Positions 12,226-26,689 of a DNA stretch of 64,000 nucleotides are shown in pieces (position 1 is the stretch's first letter; the number at the start of each line of letters is the position of its first letter). Under the pieces are notes generated by a model. It was not told the DNA's origin and searched no databases. It worked only from the letters and a program-made list of their open reading frames with translations. The DNA is taken from assembly GCA_001949185.1 (NCBI GenBank), contig BDGG01000001.1, positions 3,303,324 through 3,367,323 on the forward strand. Reading direction: 5' to 3'. The DNA is from Ramazzottius varieornatus. Lineage: Eukaryota; Animalia; Tardigrada. The position numbers were made by a program, and so were the translations under genes.

Positions 12226-14900
12226 TTAAGCTTTCACAGTCTTCCCTTTCTTAGCAGGTGTACCAGTGGTAGGAGTTTCACTTCCATACGACACAGCAAC
12301 TGAGCTAAAGGCATCCTGGTCTGCCTCGTACACTCTATCCAAAACTTCACGAAAAGCTTCTTCCAGCTCTCTTTGCTTTTCTTCTACGTCATCTTTTGAA
12401 AGCTCCTGCGAAAAAGAACTCGTCAACATGCATTGGGAAACATGCTAACAGAACAGATACATAGAACTATCACCCACCTGCCCAATCATGCACGGTAACA
12501 AATGCACGGCTTGATGTATGTAGGTGACAGTGTGGAAATAGTGACTTACAGGGTTGAGAAGCCAGCTGCTGACGGCGCTGCATTGCTCGAGCAACAGGTC
12601 CCGATCCTCCTTCGAGACTCTGGCGGCGAAGACTTCATCCTCGAGGACAAAAAGGATATTGCTTGTGAGGGACATCAAGGCGTTCGTCATTCCCACCAGT
12701 TCCCGCTGGACCTCATCAGCATCGAAACTCTCGTCGGCTTCCCGGACCATGTTCTTCAGCTCACCCTTCTTGAACCGACTATTTGCTAACTGCAGACTGA
12801 AGGCAGCTGACCGACCACTTGTAGGCTCGGTAGCCGTAGCTGTGAGAAGATGCTGACTGTCCACCTGCACTTGAACATCGATGCGAAGTGCGCCTCGAGG
12901 CATAGCGGGAAGCTCTGACAGTTCCAGTTTGCCAAGCGAACGCTGACAAAAAAAGTCAAACATCTTGAATATTCAAATCGAAATTTCGTCACAACCCACA
13001 TGAAATTCCCTCGTTATCATCCCATGCTACCATTTATGCGAGAATGAAACATAGTTAGGACCGGAGTACGTAAAACTCGATCCAAGTGGCGAACGCTTCA
13101 GGCCATTAACACTGGAAACGTACGCTACTTGAGAGAATACTCCTGTCGAGCTACTGTTTTATCCAAGCTTCTTACGTTGTCGGAGACGGCGGCTCGTTCT
13201 CCTTCGAGAAGATGGATAACCACGGTACTCTGGTTGTCGAAGGAAGTGGTCACGATATGCGAACCCTTGACCGGAAGAGGAGCATGTCGATGGATCACCG
13301 AGGTGGTCAAGCTGCCTGCAGTTTCGATGCCGATGGTCAGGAGCGTCATGTCGTCTTTCAGCAGTTCTTCACCAGTACCTTCTCGCTGACCGGTCAGGAC
13401 GGCGGCCTGCAGTGCGGCTCCATAGACGATGACTTCGTCCAGGTTGATGCTCTTCAATGGTTCTTTTCCGTCGAAATAGTCTTGGACGAGTTTCTGGAGG
13501 CGAGGGATCCGGCTGGAACCGCCGACGAGGACGACTTCGTCGATGGCCGACTTGTCAAGTTTGGCATCCGCTAGAGCTTTGTCGATGGCGCAGACTGCTA
13601 TGCGGAACTGATCACCACAAAGCTCTTCTAAACGCGCTCGGGTGATACCAGCAAAGTAATCTATTCCTTCGAAGAGAGAGTCCACTTCCATACTGTAAAC
13701 AAGAGAAGCTGTGCATTAATTTAGGTAACGTCCGCCAACCTACATACACCAAGCCGCTGGCGAAGGCCAGTGTGTAGGTATGCAGGTATCTGCAAGGCAT
13801 TTGCACATGGTACGTTGACTTCGGGTCGCTCACCTGCATACAGCGAACTGAGCATTCCACTATAACGCGGAAGTATCCAGGTGAGCAAAGAAACAGCTAC
13901 ATTTCAAGAACGAAGAAAATACTACTCACGTTGCTTGATTATTCATGGACAGAGATCGTTTGGCTAATTCACAAGCCGCCTTGAGCCGCCTCATGGAACG
14001 AGCGTTCTTCGAGGCATCCTTCTTGTGCTTCTTCTGAAACTCTTGTGCGTAGAACTTAACCAGTCGTTGATCAAAGTCTTCTCCTCCCAGGTGGAGGTCT
14101 CCAGCCATGGCCAGAACCTCAAAGCGCCCATCCTCCACTGACAAGACGGAAACGTCTAAAGTACCACCGCCAACGTCGAAAATCAAAACTTTCTTTGCAT
14201 CATCCTAAATCAAAAAAGTAAAACTACTACATATTCCCGCAAATGCCGTTTCGATTTCGCTGAAACATGAAAGTACCTTTCTTTCGAGATCGTAAGCCAT
14301 CGCAGCAGCGAACGCCTCGTTCACAACTCGTAACACCTTCAAACTAGCCAACTTCCCAGCTTCAACCATGTTCCGTCGTTGAACATCAGTGAAGTAAGAT
14401 GGAACAGCTACAACGCATTCGGTGACAGTAGAACCAAGGTAGGCTTCGGCAGTCTTCTTCAGCTCAGTCAGGACCATTCCAGACAGCTGAACTGGGTTGT
14501 ACTCGTGTTCTGCTTCCTTGAACGTAACTTTGACTACCGGTTCATCCTCTTTCCCACCTCCAACGGTAAATGGCCAGCGCTTCACGTCTTCTTGAAGTTC
14601 CGCATCGGAGAACTTCTTGCCGATCATCCTCTTGATGTCAAAAATGGTGTTTTCTGCATTGGTTGCCACTTGACTCTGAAAGGGAAGTTGTACCAGCATA
14701 GTTACTTCCCAAAACTTCTTTTCGCATCTTACCTTAGCTGCATCTCCGACCAGCAGTTCTGTATCGGTGAAGGCCACACAGGTTGGCGTGAGCCGATGTC
14801 CCTGCTCGTTCGCGATGACTTCCACTCGTCTATTCTGATACACCGCCACGGAACTGTAGGCTAACCCGAACGAGAAGCCGACTGCCAACGATCCGCTCAT
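12226..14900 (-). CDS. Atypical Hsp70-family chaperone (6 exons, intact frame, no C-terminal EEVD)
   Basis: [58 protein letters not shown], substrate-binding domain and lid. The first motif reads [11 protein letters not shown] rather than GIDLGTTYSCV. Confidence 0.9.
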
Positions 14901-15757
14901 TGTGACGGTACCTAAAACCTGAAAGTTCCGTTACGCGAGAGTCTCAGTAAACGGTTGGAATCACAGGCTTCAGACGGGTTCGGAGTAGGGTACAGGCGAT
15001 ATCGTCAGGGAGTCAGAGACCGGATAGCAGTCATCTATTCCATTAAAGTCATCTTATCTGAAGTTAAGGAATTTAAAGTCGCTTGCGCAATTCCGGAATC
15101 AGGTCCAGCCGGATAGCCTCCTGACGACCGACTCTTGTTCCGCTTCTCCCTTCCCCCTCCAGCGAACTGCAAACGAGTCCAGGATTTGGTGACAGTCTGC
15201 TGTGCGAGAAGATTGACGAGGAGATCTGAAGCTACCTGCTACATACGGTACCGAACAAGAAACTGAAAAAAACAACATTCTGGATTCTGAAATCGTTTAG
15301 CAGCAATCAAGAAAACGGAACAAACGACCACAGTGAGTACTTCGAGTCACTTTTAAAAGGCGTGGTAGACTAACTTAGTACAGTTAGACACTTCAACACA
15401 ATCAACTAACACTGCCACGGTTGACGTCAGAACAGGGCACGTGACCAAGCTGGAAACCATAACAAGCCGATTCCCGCTTTCTGTGCGCGGAGAAAACTTT
15501 GCGGATTCTTATCGTCGTCTCTGACTTGACATCGAGTTTCCAGCATAGATCTTCGCTGTCCCCTTTCGTTCCTGTTTCCCAGAATCAGGACCCGCTTCTG
15601 TCCTTGCGGGTAGTGGTACAACAACCGAGTTTGTATCGCCTCCAAGGTTGGCTGCTCCGTACATCGGAGCCGCGTGATTGTTTTCTTTAGCTGCCCACTG
15701 CCTATTGATCTTCACCCTTTCCGTCCGGAGTTGACCGTCAGACTTGTTGAGGACACG

Positions 15758-18700
15758 ATGGATCCTGTCGAGGACGAAACGGAAGAAGGTGTCGACAATG
15801 AGTTTCAGAAGGAGCAAGTCATCGACGCTGTGGAAGACAGGTAGGATACGTTCGTCTAGTTGGTAACGGAAGCTAACTGAATTTTCTCTTCAGGGCGGCA
15901 TATGTTAGTGGTGATACGGAAGAACAGAGGCTTGCACGTGCTACGAAGAACGATGAACTGGATGCGAAGTTTGGCTTTGAACGGTACAAGGAATCAAAGG
16001 AACGGACAGGATTCATGTTCAATATGCAACCGGTAGGTAATGTCCTGCGCCGCTGTCGGATATGGACCACTATACCGCTGTTCGCACACCAACTCAGAGT
16101 TGCGATATGTAAATGATTTATGGATTGCTAATATCCTGTACTAGTGTACTATGTTTGCAGAATGAAGTGTTGGACGATGAAACAAAGAAGTTGACCAGCG
16201 TCGTCGATTATTACTTTGTGGACGATCCAAGTCACCCAAGAAGAGACAAATCGACAAGATTCAAGGTAAATATAATAACGAACCTGATGTAGTTGTTCAG
16301 ACTTAGGTTGTGCTGGATGTTTTATCATTGGAAAACGAGGATTGTGCGTTGGGCGAATCATTGAACGAGTGGCATATTTCTGTACAGGTATCGATGCCGT
16401 ACAAGCCGTACTTCTTCGTCAAAGCAAAGGAAGGCCATGATATCGAAGTGACCACGTATCTTCAGCGAAAGTTCTCCTTGCTTCTGGCGCCGGCTGGAAT
16501 CGAAACTGTCTGGAAAGAAGATTTGGATTTGGTATGTTCTGTCTATTTTGAGTCTGCAGTCTTTTGGAACGATGCACGCTTCACTATGTGTGTTGTCTTC
16601 AGCTCAACCATTTGAGTGGACTTCGCCAGAAGTACATCAAGTTGTCTTTCCTCACGGTCTCCGATCTGGTGAAAGTGAAGAAGGAACTGATGCCAGTTAT
16701 CCGTCGGAATCGTGAACGCCAGAAGAACTCCAACGTCCTGGCAGAAGTGCAGCTCAACTCGTACGGCGGTCTTGACGTCGACCACTCCATGAACTATCAT
16801 TCGGATCCCTCCGAGCATCTTATCGACATACGGTACCCCTAAGCTATTCCGAACCACGTCCTTCGAGCGTTCGATCGTCCAATGATGTGTACTTTGCAGG
16901 GAATACGATGTGCCTTTCCATGTTCGAGTCTCTATCGACAGGCAGATCTTTGCCGGACGGTGGTACACCGTCACGCCGACATCGGAGCCACCCAAGGTGC
17001 CGAAAATGACATTTCGACCTGAAATGTTGGAACGTCCCGTTAGTTCTCTGATTAATTTACTGTCATACCTGCTTATGTACAACAGTCGGTCTGTTTTTGG
17101 ACTTGCAGGATATGGTCATCTGTGCCTACGATATTGAAACGACCAAATCTCCGTTGAAGTTTCCCGACGCGACAGTCGACCAAATCATGATGATTTCATA
17201 CATGATTAGTGGGAAGGTCAGTCTCTGACCTGGATTACCCATAGTCGGTCGAATTTCTGAAATCTTAACATGGTCATCAACGGATGGCCGTTTCTCATTC
17301 CAGGGTTTCTTAATTGTTAACCGCGAAATCGTGAACGAAGACATCATGTCGTTCGAGTATACGCCTAAGCCGGAGTTTGAAGGAGTCTTCCAAGTTTATA
17401 ACGAAGCTAATGAGGTATCTTGGTTTACAACGAATTGCGAAGCCTCTTGTCGAATGGTTTGCTCTAGTCATTTTTACTAACACATTTTTCCCTCTGAATG
17501 GTATTTTAAATTTACTAGAGTTTCCTTTGGTTCATTTCCTTACTGTATTTCAAATATGATGTTTTACAGGCTGCCACGATTGCCCGCTTTTTTCGCCATC
17601 TTCAAGAGGTCAGGCCGATCATCTTTGCCACTTACAACGGTGACTTCTTTGACTGGCCTTTCGTCGAGACTCGTGCCAAGGCGAACGGCATGAGTATGTA
17701 CGAGGAGATCGGTTTCACGAAAGTGGGTAAGGAAGAGTACCTCTCGCGGTGCTCGGTCCACATGGACTGCTTCAAATGGGTACAACGTGACAGTTACCTA
17801 CCTGTCGGAAGTCAGAATCTGAAGGCAGTGTGTAAAGCCAAACTTCAGTACAGTCCCACAGAACTGGACCCGGAAGACATGCTACGGATGGCGCGCGAAC
17901 AGCCACAGATTCTAGCTAACTATTCAGTGTCTGATGCAGTCGCTACGTTCTACTTGTACATGAAGTATGTCCATCCCTTCATCTTTGCGCTGTGCACCAT
18001 CCTTCCAATGGAGCCAGACTCCGTTCTGCGGAAGGGGTCGGGGACCTTGTGTGAGGCCTTACTGATGGTGCAGGCGTTTCAAGCCAATGTTATCTTTCCA
18101 AATAAGCAAGAGTCTTCCGTAAATATGTTTACAAAAGAAGGACATCTGGTCGAGTCAGAAACCTACGTTGGTGGTCACGTCGAAGCCCTGGAAAGTGGAA
18201 TCTTCCGAGCCGACATTCCCATCCGCTTCCGAATGGTACGATACCACACACATACGACACTGTCACACCGGCCTAAAATCAATTACTAGTACACGTGCAT
18301 AGTAAAATGGTCAGTCAAGAAATTTTTCTGACATTGGTATTTTAGAATTGGGAATATTTGGAATATAATCTCTCTGCTGTTATAGAATGCCGATGGGCTA
18401 CAGAAGTTGATAGACAACGTGGAGCGAACCGTGGTGCGCGCCTTGGTTGAGGAAGAACGGCTCGATCCCGCAGAAGTGGCGAACTTGGACGACATCGTGA
18501 AGGCCATCACGGAGAAGCTGACTGATCTGCGGGACAAGCCGATGCGGAACGAGGATCCCATGATCTACCACTTGGATGTGGCGGCCATGTACCCCAATAT
18601 CATCCTGACCAACCGACTCCAGCCATCCGCCTTGGCCACCGACGTCACCTGTGCTGCGTGTCATTTCAACCGGCCGCAGAACCGGTGTCGAAGGAAGATG

Positions 18701-21700
18701 AAGTGGACTTGGCGCGGAGAACACAGTAAGCCCACCAAGAATGCTTTCCGTTGTTTTGAATGGGCACTCACTCGAGTGTTTTTGTTTCAGTGACGGCAAG
18801 CAAAAGCGAATTTCAGCGAATCCAGCAACAGCTGGAGACGGAGCAGTTCCCGCCGGAGAAGCCGGGTGGCCGACCCAGAGCTTTCCATCAGTTGGCTCGC
18901 GAAGAGAGGTCGCAGATCGAGAAGAAAAGACTGGCTGGTACGTTCGAATACCTTCTGTCTAGATTCAAGATATCATCCTATGTGAAATTTCGTGATGTAG
19001 ATTTTTGCCGGAAGAACTACAAGAAGGTACACATCACGAAAGAGGAAGCTCGAGAATCCGTCGTGTGTCAGCGCGAAAACAGTTTCTACGTGGACACTGT
19101 CCGTATGTTCCGAGATCGCCGATACGAGTACAAAACATCCCACAAGGTACAGTACGTTGAAGTGGGGTGCAAAGGCTTGGAGCTTGACACGTACACTCAG
19201 AATACCGGCATGATCTTTTGTCGATAGAATGCGAAGAAGAATGTTATCGAAGCGCAAAAGGCGTTGGATTCGGAGAAGGAAAAGAAGTGGAAAGCGTTGG
19301 AAGTGATCTACGACTCGCTCCAACTGGCGCACAAATGTATCCTCAACTCTTTTTACGGCTACGTCATGCGTAGAGGGTAAGACTATCGAAGGCTTTTTCC
19401 TACAGAAGTAGACAAAGTTTAACGTGGTGGGGATTTTCTATATTTTCAGTGCACGATGGTACAGTATGGAGATGGCCGGTATCGTTTGCCACACAGGTGG
19501 TGCCATCATCAAACGAGCCCGCCAGATCGTGGAGCACATCGGTCGGCCTCTCGAACTGGACACCGACGGCATCTGGTGTGCCATACCCAAGTCCTTCCCG
19601 GATACCTTCGAGGTCAGAATGAAAGACGGCAATGTCAAGGGTTCGTTGAACTACCCTGGTGCCATGTTGAACGTGATGGTTCGTGATGAGTTCTCCAACG
19701 AGCAGTATCAGGAGTTTGATAGTGAGAACCGGAAGTATACCATTCGTACTGAGAACTCGATCGGCTTTGAGGTTGATGGTCCGTACAAGGCCATGGTTCT
19801 TCCTGCTTCCAAGGAGGAAGGGAAGAGATTGAAGAAGCGGTATGCCGTGTTCAACTTTGATGGTACTTTGGCCGAACTGAAGGGTTTCGAGGTGAAACGA
19901 CGAGGAGAGCTGCAGTTGATCAAGCATTTCCAGACTTCCGTGTTCGAAGCGTTCTTGCTTGGGAGAAGTCTAGAAGAATGCTATGCCGAAGTAGCAAAAG
20001 TGGCTGACCAGTGGCTGGACATTCTGTTCACTAAAGGAGGTACGTCCATACTGGCCTTAACACCCTGATTACCACCGTACTCATTGTGAGTACAATACGG
20101 CACTTTTTCGCTCCCTATAATTTCCATTTTGCCCGGTTTGAATCAAACTTTTTTTCATTGCCTGGTCTGCGGTCTTATCACCGAAACGCAGCTGATGACC
20201 AATGGTCAGTACAACTTCCGCAGGCTGACAAAATCCTTACGATTTCGGGCAGTTTCGGGAGTATTTTAGGTTTCCTGTCTTTGCTCGAGATACATAGCTA
20301 CCATCTGTTTAGGAAAAAATGAAACACTAAGGAGAGCTTCCTCTACCGATACTAGGCTTGGGACAAACTTGGTGTCATCGGTGCGTCCAGAAAAAGATCA
20401 AAACGGTCAGGGCTACTCTTCCGAAGTTGGCCTTTACGGCCTGGCAATCTCCACCATTTCGAAATTATGAAAGTTGTCTATTGGTTTATTTGGGTTACGC
20501 CTTCCAATTTCCTCCAGTTAAATTTCTGTGCTCACTGTGAGTACGCTGGTAATCTGCCGACACAAAAAGCTTGGTATTCAGGGTGTTAAGCTTTATTAGC
20601 TTTACCGATAGCGGGTGAATGGGAAGACAACGAGCAGTCTTTCGCGCACCTGCATACTCACACAACGTTTCACGAGTGGGTTCTTGTATGCAGGAGCTTG
20701 ATGAAGGTGTATTAAGCATTTCGATATGGACAAGTCAACGGGAATTAGAATTGGTTGAAAGTTGTTTCTTGCATCCTGCAGGTACGTTGACGGACTCTGA
20801 ACTGGTCGAGTTAATTTCCGAAAGTCGCAGTATGTCCAAGAAGATGTCCGAGTACGGTTCGTTGAAGTCAACGGCCATAACTACAGCAAAACGCCTGGCA
20901 GAGTTCCTCGGTGACAGCGTCATCAAAGATGCCGGTCTGGCTTGCCGGTATGTCATTGCGAAAAAGCCTGACGGAGCGCCGGTGGCTGAACGTGCCATAC
21001 CTCTGGCGATATGGAAAGCCTCTGACGCAGTTCGCCGACTATTTCTGCGGAAGTGGCAAAAGTTACCCGCGTTAGAGTCCGAAGATATCCGCGACATTCT
21101 TGACTGGGGCTACTACATCGAACGGATCAGCGGGACCATCCAGAAGATCATCACGATTCCCGCTGCTATGCAGGGTATCCCGAACCCGGTTCCTCGAGTA
21201 GCGCATCCTGACTGGTTGCACAAGCGAGTCCAGGAGCACAACGACGTGTTTAAGCAGCAACGCATCACGGACATGTTCAAACCAATACCGAAACTATCGC
21301 CAATAAACCACCAGGTAAAATTTCTTACCTGTTCAGGGTATTTGTACTGTACGACTAATTTTGATTGGTTCTAGAAGAACCAAAAATACTTGTGAGTCTT
21401 TCAAACATCTGCATTCTGGTCCTGAATGCAATAAGCACATGTATTTTGTATGCAAGTTCTTGATGTACTATCTCGATTCTCTGAACTGACTGTTCAAAAT
21501 AGGCGGAATGTTTCTTGTTCTGTTTCAGGCCGATTTGCTGTCAGATATCGAGTCTCTGCAACCCGATTCACTTCCGGCTCCAGTTAACGCAGGAAACCTT
21601 CAGCGAAAGAGAAAGGCCGCCGTGGTAGGTTCGCCACCTGACACCGTCCCACCCAAGCACTGGAAAGATGTCCTAGGACCAGCTCCGCCACATGGCACGT

Positions 21701-24700
21701 CCGCGGATGAACTCCAGATCTGGCTTGGGTTCCACCGGCAGAAGTGGAGCTGGCTGAGAAAGAACAAGCAACAACGGAAGAAGTCCCGAACCGATGATTA
21801 CGACTCCGGTATCAGGGTTACCGGTACCGGTATTAGAGCGTTCGTCAAGCAGGCCAAGAAGGAAATCGTCGAAAACCTGTGGCAAGTCATTCAGGTAAGG
21901 AAACTTCACCCAAATTGGAAGTCATGGATTTCACAAAGATCGAAACGAATAACTGAAAAATTAAGACAACATTGTTAAGTTTTTCGCGCTTGTTTTTTTT
22001 CCAGGTGGCTGAAACCGGTCAACCAGGTTGGTTCAAAGTATGGCTCCTGATCGGTAACAACCTTCATTCCCTCCGTTTGAGAGTCTATCGAACCTTCTAT
22101 ATCAACCGGAAGGTCCCGAAAGACAGCGAAGACGGACAGGTGGTACGGAAGGTAATGAAAATCCTTCCGCGCTCCAAGGCGACTTACCATCTATATGAGT
22201 ACAGAGTGGAAGAAGAGGCGTTCCAGACTCATCAGAACGAGCTCCTCAACGACCTGACGGACCCACTGGTGGAAGGCATCTACGAGACGCAGGTTCCCCT
22301 CATGTTCCGCATTCTCGTTGCCACCAGTAGCATCTGTCGCATTCACCCGACGAAAAGGAGGGAAATGGCGAACAGGGCGTCTGACGTGTATCAGTTGGAT
22401 GATGTGGAAAGAGTCAGTACTTCCAATGTGGAATACCTGTCCAACGGTTCTCTAAATTTCGTGTACCTATACCATCATCAAAGCAATAACAAATCAGTGT
22501 AAGTCAATCTAGATTTCTTGCAAGATCCAGCGGTGAAAACACCGGAAACAACATGTGACCAAGGTAAACAAACTCGACAAGATCGTTTTTCAAGTGGCGC
22601 ACGCTGTCAGCCACTATTGCAGAAAAAGTGCGCCACTTAGAAAAAGGTTTGGTCGAGTTTCTTTGTCATCTTGTACAAAATGTTTGCACCCTTGATTGGA
22701 AATCTTTTATACTTTTCAGGTACGGACTTTTCTTCATCAAGTTGAGGAAGGTGATTGTCTACGTGGTCAGTAACGCAGCGAACCCTCGTAACGAACTACC
22801 AAACATGGCCAACCTCTTTAACCGTCTACGTCGAGAGCGCATTACTTCCGGCACGGACGAGTCGCTTCTTCCCGGAGAGAACCACGATTTCGTCGAGATC
22901 AAAGTCGAGAGAGACGATAAGAAGGTCTGCCGAATGCTGGATAAGGGTCTTACGAACTTCATCGGAGAAAGGCACGGTCCGACTGTCCTAGTTCTACATT
23001 CCAAGATAAACCACTCACAGTGGATCAGCCAGATACCGGCGTTGGGGAACCTGCCAGTCATCTCAACACATCTCGAAGATGATCCTAAGGCCTATCCGAA
23101 CATCGGCTGGCAACCTATAGCGGCGGGTATAATGATAGGTCGCTACCTGGATCTGGCGAGTGTCTTGGAAGACTCGCTGGAGAAGAGCCGGTACTTCGAA
23201 GTTCCTTGGGGAAACCTTCCGAAGGTGCTAAAGCTACCTAGTATATTTTCATATTACTTGATTCATCAACATCCAAATTCATTTTTCTTCCAGGACACAA
23301 CCATATTTGGTTGTGACTTGCTGTATGCCCGGATGCTTCAGCGTCACAATATGGTCATGTGGGGAACCCAGAAGGACCGGCCAGACTTCGGTGGCAAAGA
23401 AACTGATGACATCCGGTCGGTAACTTGTCATGCCGTTGTATCAGAAAATGTATCGAGAACGAATCAAAAAAGAAGGCACGGTGTTGACGAATGTTCCCGT
23501 AGGTTGATCGCTGAGGACGAAGAGAAGGTTCTCCAGATTAACAACCCAGGCTTCTATAGCACCTGCACAGTCCACGTCGAAGTTGACTTCCTCGCAGTAT
23601 GCGCCATCTTGCTGCATCAACACTTATCTGATGGTATCAGCAACGCTACAAGTTTCGAACGCGCTCCTCAGGTATATTCGTTACTCGGATAGAGATCTGT
23701 CGAAAGAAAATCTGATGACCACTCTCGTATCATTCTAGGCTAGGTTGGAAGACCAGATCAGGAAAGGTATCCACGTCGTCTCGGTGGCCACCTACGACGA
23801 GTCAGCCCAGGTCGACAACGCCTTCAACCTGATAGCTGGAATGGTTCGCAGCGTCTTCAGACGGAACCAGGAAAGTGTCGTGGCCGAAGAAGTGTCCATG
23901 CATGTTTTCCGCTGGCTTCGTTCCCCAACATCCCTCCTCTACGACCCTGCACTTCACCGAAAGCTCATCGGGCTGATGCGGAAGATGTTGGTCAAGCTCG
24001 TATCGGACTGCAAGAAGTTCGGCTGCCATGTTGTCTACGCTTGTAACGGATGGATCATTTTCAACAGCGACCGCGGTAAGGACATGCAGTGTTAGTCAAA
24101 TCGGCAGAAATAATGAACAGTAAAGAAACAAAAGAACGACAACAGATAAAAATCAAAATCGAAATTAGATAATGATTGTTTTGTTTACTTTGCAGGAAAT
24201 GTTAAGGATGCGCTCGAGCAAATTCAATACACTCTGCATAAAGTTTGCGATCAGGAGCTCTTTCGCGTCCTGGCTTTCTCAACGAGGAGAGTATGGACCA
24301 CGATGTTATGGTTAGACGCGGCGAACTTCGCAGCGCTAAGAGTGAAGATGCCTGAGGGGACCGATAAGATCAGAAACCCCGACGAGACATTCGGAGACTT
24401 TTTTCTCGACCATAGTTTCTTTTCTCAAGAGGAAACTGACGCTGAACACGTTAACGTTAACCACTTCTGGAACTTGGCTTCCTTCTTACCGGATATGTGT
24501 AGGGAGATATTCCAAACGGTGGTGGGATCGTACGTGTACGAAGCCGACAAGTTGTTCCATGAGTACCACAAGGTGCACAATGGTGAAGTGATGGCGCCGA
24601 TGCAGTTCGAGGACCAGGAAATGGAAGAACAAGCGCCGATCGAACCGGTTCGGATTCTGCGCAGGAAGATCGAGACTGACTTGACAGACCTTATGCTAAC

Positions 24701-25808
24701 GTAAGAGATCTTCATTTTACATACCGAGTTTACCCTCACTTGTTGGTATTTAGGAAGATCCAGAAAATTAGCCGCATTCTCCCCAATGGCAAAGAACGTC
24801 GTGACGGAAGAAGCGAACCGGTGTTTCCAGAGCGCCCAGGGTCCTTCTTCGAGATGCACAACCCTGCTCTCGAGTTAGCTAAATCAGTATGCAAGGTGAG
24901 ACTGCTTGGATCCCAAGCCTGAAGGTGTAAATCTCGTAGGAACGCTCCGAAGAGAGCGCGTAGACGTTGTTATGTAACGTACGTTTGGCAAGGAGGACCG
25001 TAATGCGATCCTTAAGATTGCTGAATGCAGTGATTGCAGTCTCGAGATTCATCGGGCCGTATGTAAAAGGTCTTTTTCTTCTAGGTTTTGTCACTACACA
25101 AGGAAGTCTTGAAAGAAGTTCGGAAGCTGAAACGAGATCTACTCAAGATGTTGGGTGTGGGTGAGTTTTCCATTTCCGCTGAATGGAGAGATTACTGCGT
25201 TACCTACATTGTCCCGGAGGTATGAACGATACTCATACTGTAATCCGATGGGGGTGAGGTGTCCAGTATGATGATTTGTCTGTCTGCTAGGTTATTTGTC
25301 CGCGATGCAGCTGCTGTCGGGACTTAGATCTGTGCAAGGACCAGACAGTTGAGAAAGATGGGCGGTAACGTCGCATACAGTATTCGCACTGAAGAGCTCT
25401 GTTGAACCTTTCTTATTTTGTGGTTCTTAGGTTGGAGTGGAAGTGTACCTATCCTCGGTGTGGTCAGACCTACGATTCTATGGAGATCGAGCGTAGACTG
25501 TTCGTAGCTCTGAAGAAGATGAACGTCTCGTACCACCTTCAAGATCTGCGCTGCGTCAAGTGCAAGCAGATGTACGAACGCCATGTTTCCAGGACATGCA
25601 ACTGCGGAGGGCAGTTCAGAAATACCATAGCGAAAGAATCCTTCCTCGACAAGCTTCGGATCTTCGAGAACATCAGCAGGTATGGTTACTCATGCTTGTC
25701 TCGTCCGCATACCTCCACATCTCGCTTAACGTTTCACTGATTTCCAGGCATTTCCAGATGGACACTCTGCACGAAAACGTTTCCTGGATGCTATCGATGA
25801 ACAGCTAA
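15758..25808 (+). CDS. POLE: DNA polymerase epsilon catalytic subunit A (multi-exon)
   Basis: Exo[94 protein letters not shown], and C-terminal zinc fingers (CPRC...C..C; QDLRCVKC...CNC). Confidence 0.97.
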
Positions 25809-25909
25809 AAGCTTTGCGGTCAACCGACATAGTGCACAATAAAATCATACGTAATTTGTTAATTAAGTTTACAACACTCAAAATATTACACAGACCGAAA
25901 ACTGGATCG

Positions 25910-26530
25910 CTATTTTTGCTCCATGTTGATAGGGTCCAGCTTTGGATCTGCGAAAACAGAGGAATTTTACAGTATGGTTCTGTTGTAATTTTGTGGGCCG
26001 TATTTTCTGTGATTTTTCACCTAACTTTCAAGTTTTAATAGTGATCTTAGCGAAGTGAAAAAGAGGATCGCGTCAAACTTCTGAGCTCAGTTAATGACCA
26101 ACTATACAGTGTTTCTTCTTGGACTTTGACTGTCAAGTTTTTCCCAGAACGCCACCTGACTCACCTTCAAAGTGAAACGAGGGAAACTTCAGCATCTCAT
26201 CATGACTCTTTCCTCCAAATTGCCTTAGTGTCCTGTTCAATGACTCCTCTAACTCTTTCTGAAGTTCGGCATCAGCATCGACAAGTTTTCCTCCAGCGGC
26301 TCTGTAATTACATCGAAGTTAGAAGCGTTGATCAGTATTCACAGATATAACTGTCATGAACAGGGTAGTCAATCGGGGATCACTCACTTGCTCTTCTGCA
26401 TGTAATCCCGCACTTTATCAGCAAACAGCTGCTGGATGGGATCCGCACTGCGCGTGGCTGATGCACTCAAACACCTCACGCTGGTCAACGGGGCGCTCTC
26501 GCAGAGTCTCAGAAGCTGTCGAAGAGCCAT
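25910..26530 (-). CDS. ATP5PF: Mitochondrial ATP synthase coupling factor 6 (3 exons)
   Basis: Presequence MALRQLLRLCE..., then DPIQQLFADKVRDY...AAGGKLVDADAELQKELEESL...FGG...MLKFPSFHFEDPKLDPINMEQK*. Exons 26530-26388, 26301-about 26166, about 25947-25910. Confidence 0.92.
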
Positions 26531-26608
26531 CTTCCCCGGACAAACTCTTCCAGACGACGAGCCAAAACTGGGAGGAAACTTCTTCCCGATGAGAATAAGC
26601 CTCCCGTG

Positions 26609-26689
26609 CACTGATGAGCTGCTAAACTGCGTTGTGCTGAGTTGATTGACAATCAACTCAGGAACACGAAGTTTAGCAGCTCGTCAGTG
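26609..26689. mobile_element. 81-bp foldback MITE with 8-bp target-site duplication (hAT/P-like)
   Basis: Terminal arms CACTGATGAGCTGCTAAACT / AGTTTAGCAGCTCGTCAGTG (19 of 20 complementary) and a perfect 12-bp inner arm CTGAGTTGATTG / CAATCAACTCAG. Flanked by the direct repeat CTCCCGTG at 26601-26608 and 26690-26697. Confidence 0.85.

Noticed and set aside
20040-20780. Long POLE intron with TGATGA...CTGA (possible C/D snoRNA) and small hairpins
   Set aside because: The boxes are only about 30 nt apart, and I found no terminal stem, recognisable rRNA guide or TIR pair.
21375-21390. AG...GTGAGT-bounded micro-exon candidate in a POLE intron
   Set aside because: It is 16 nt (13 with the alternative AG) between phase-0 junctions and would break the frame; unsupported without RNA data.
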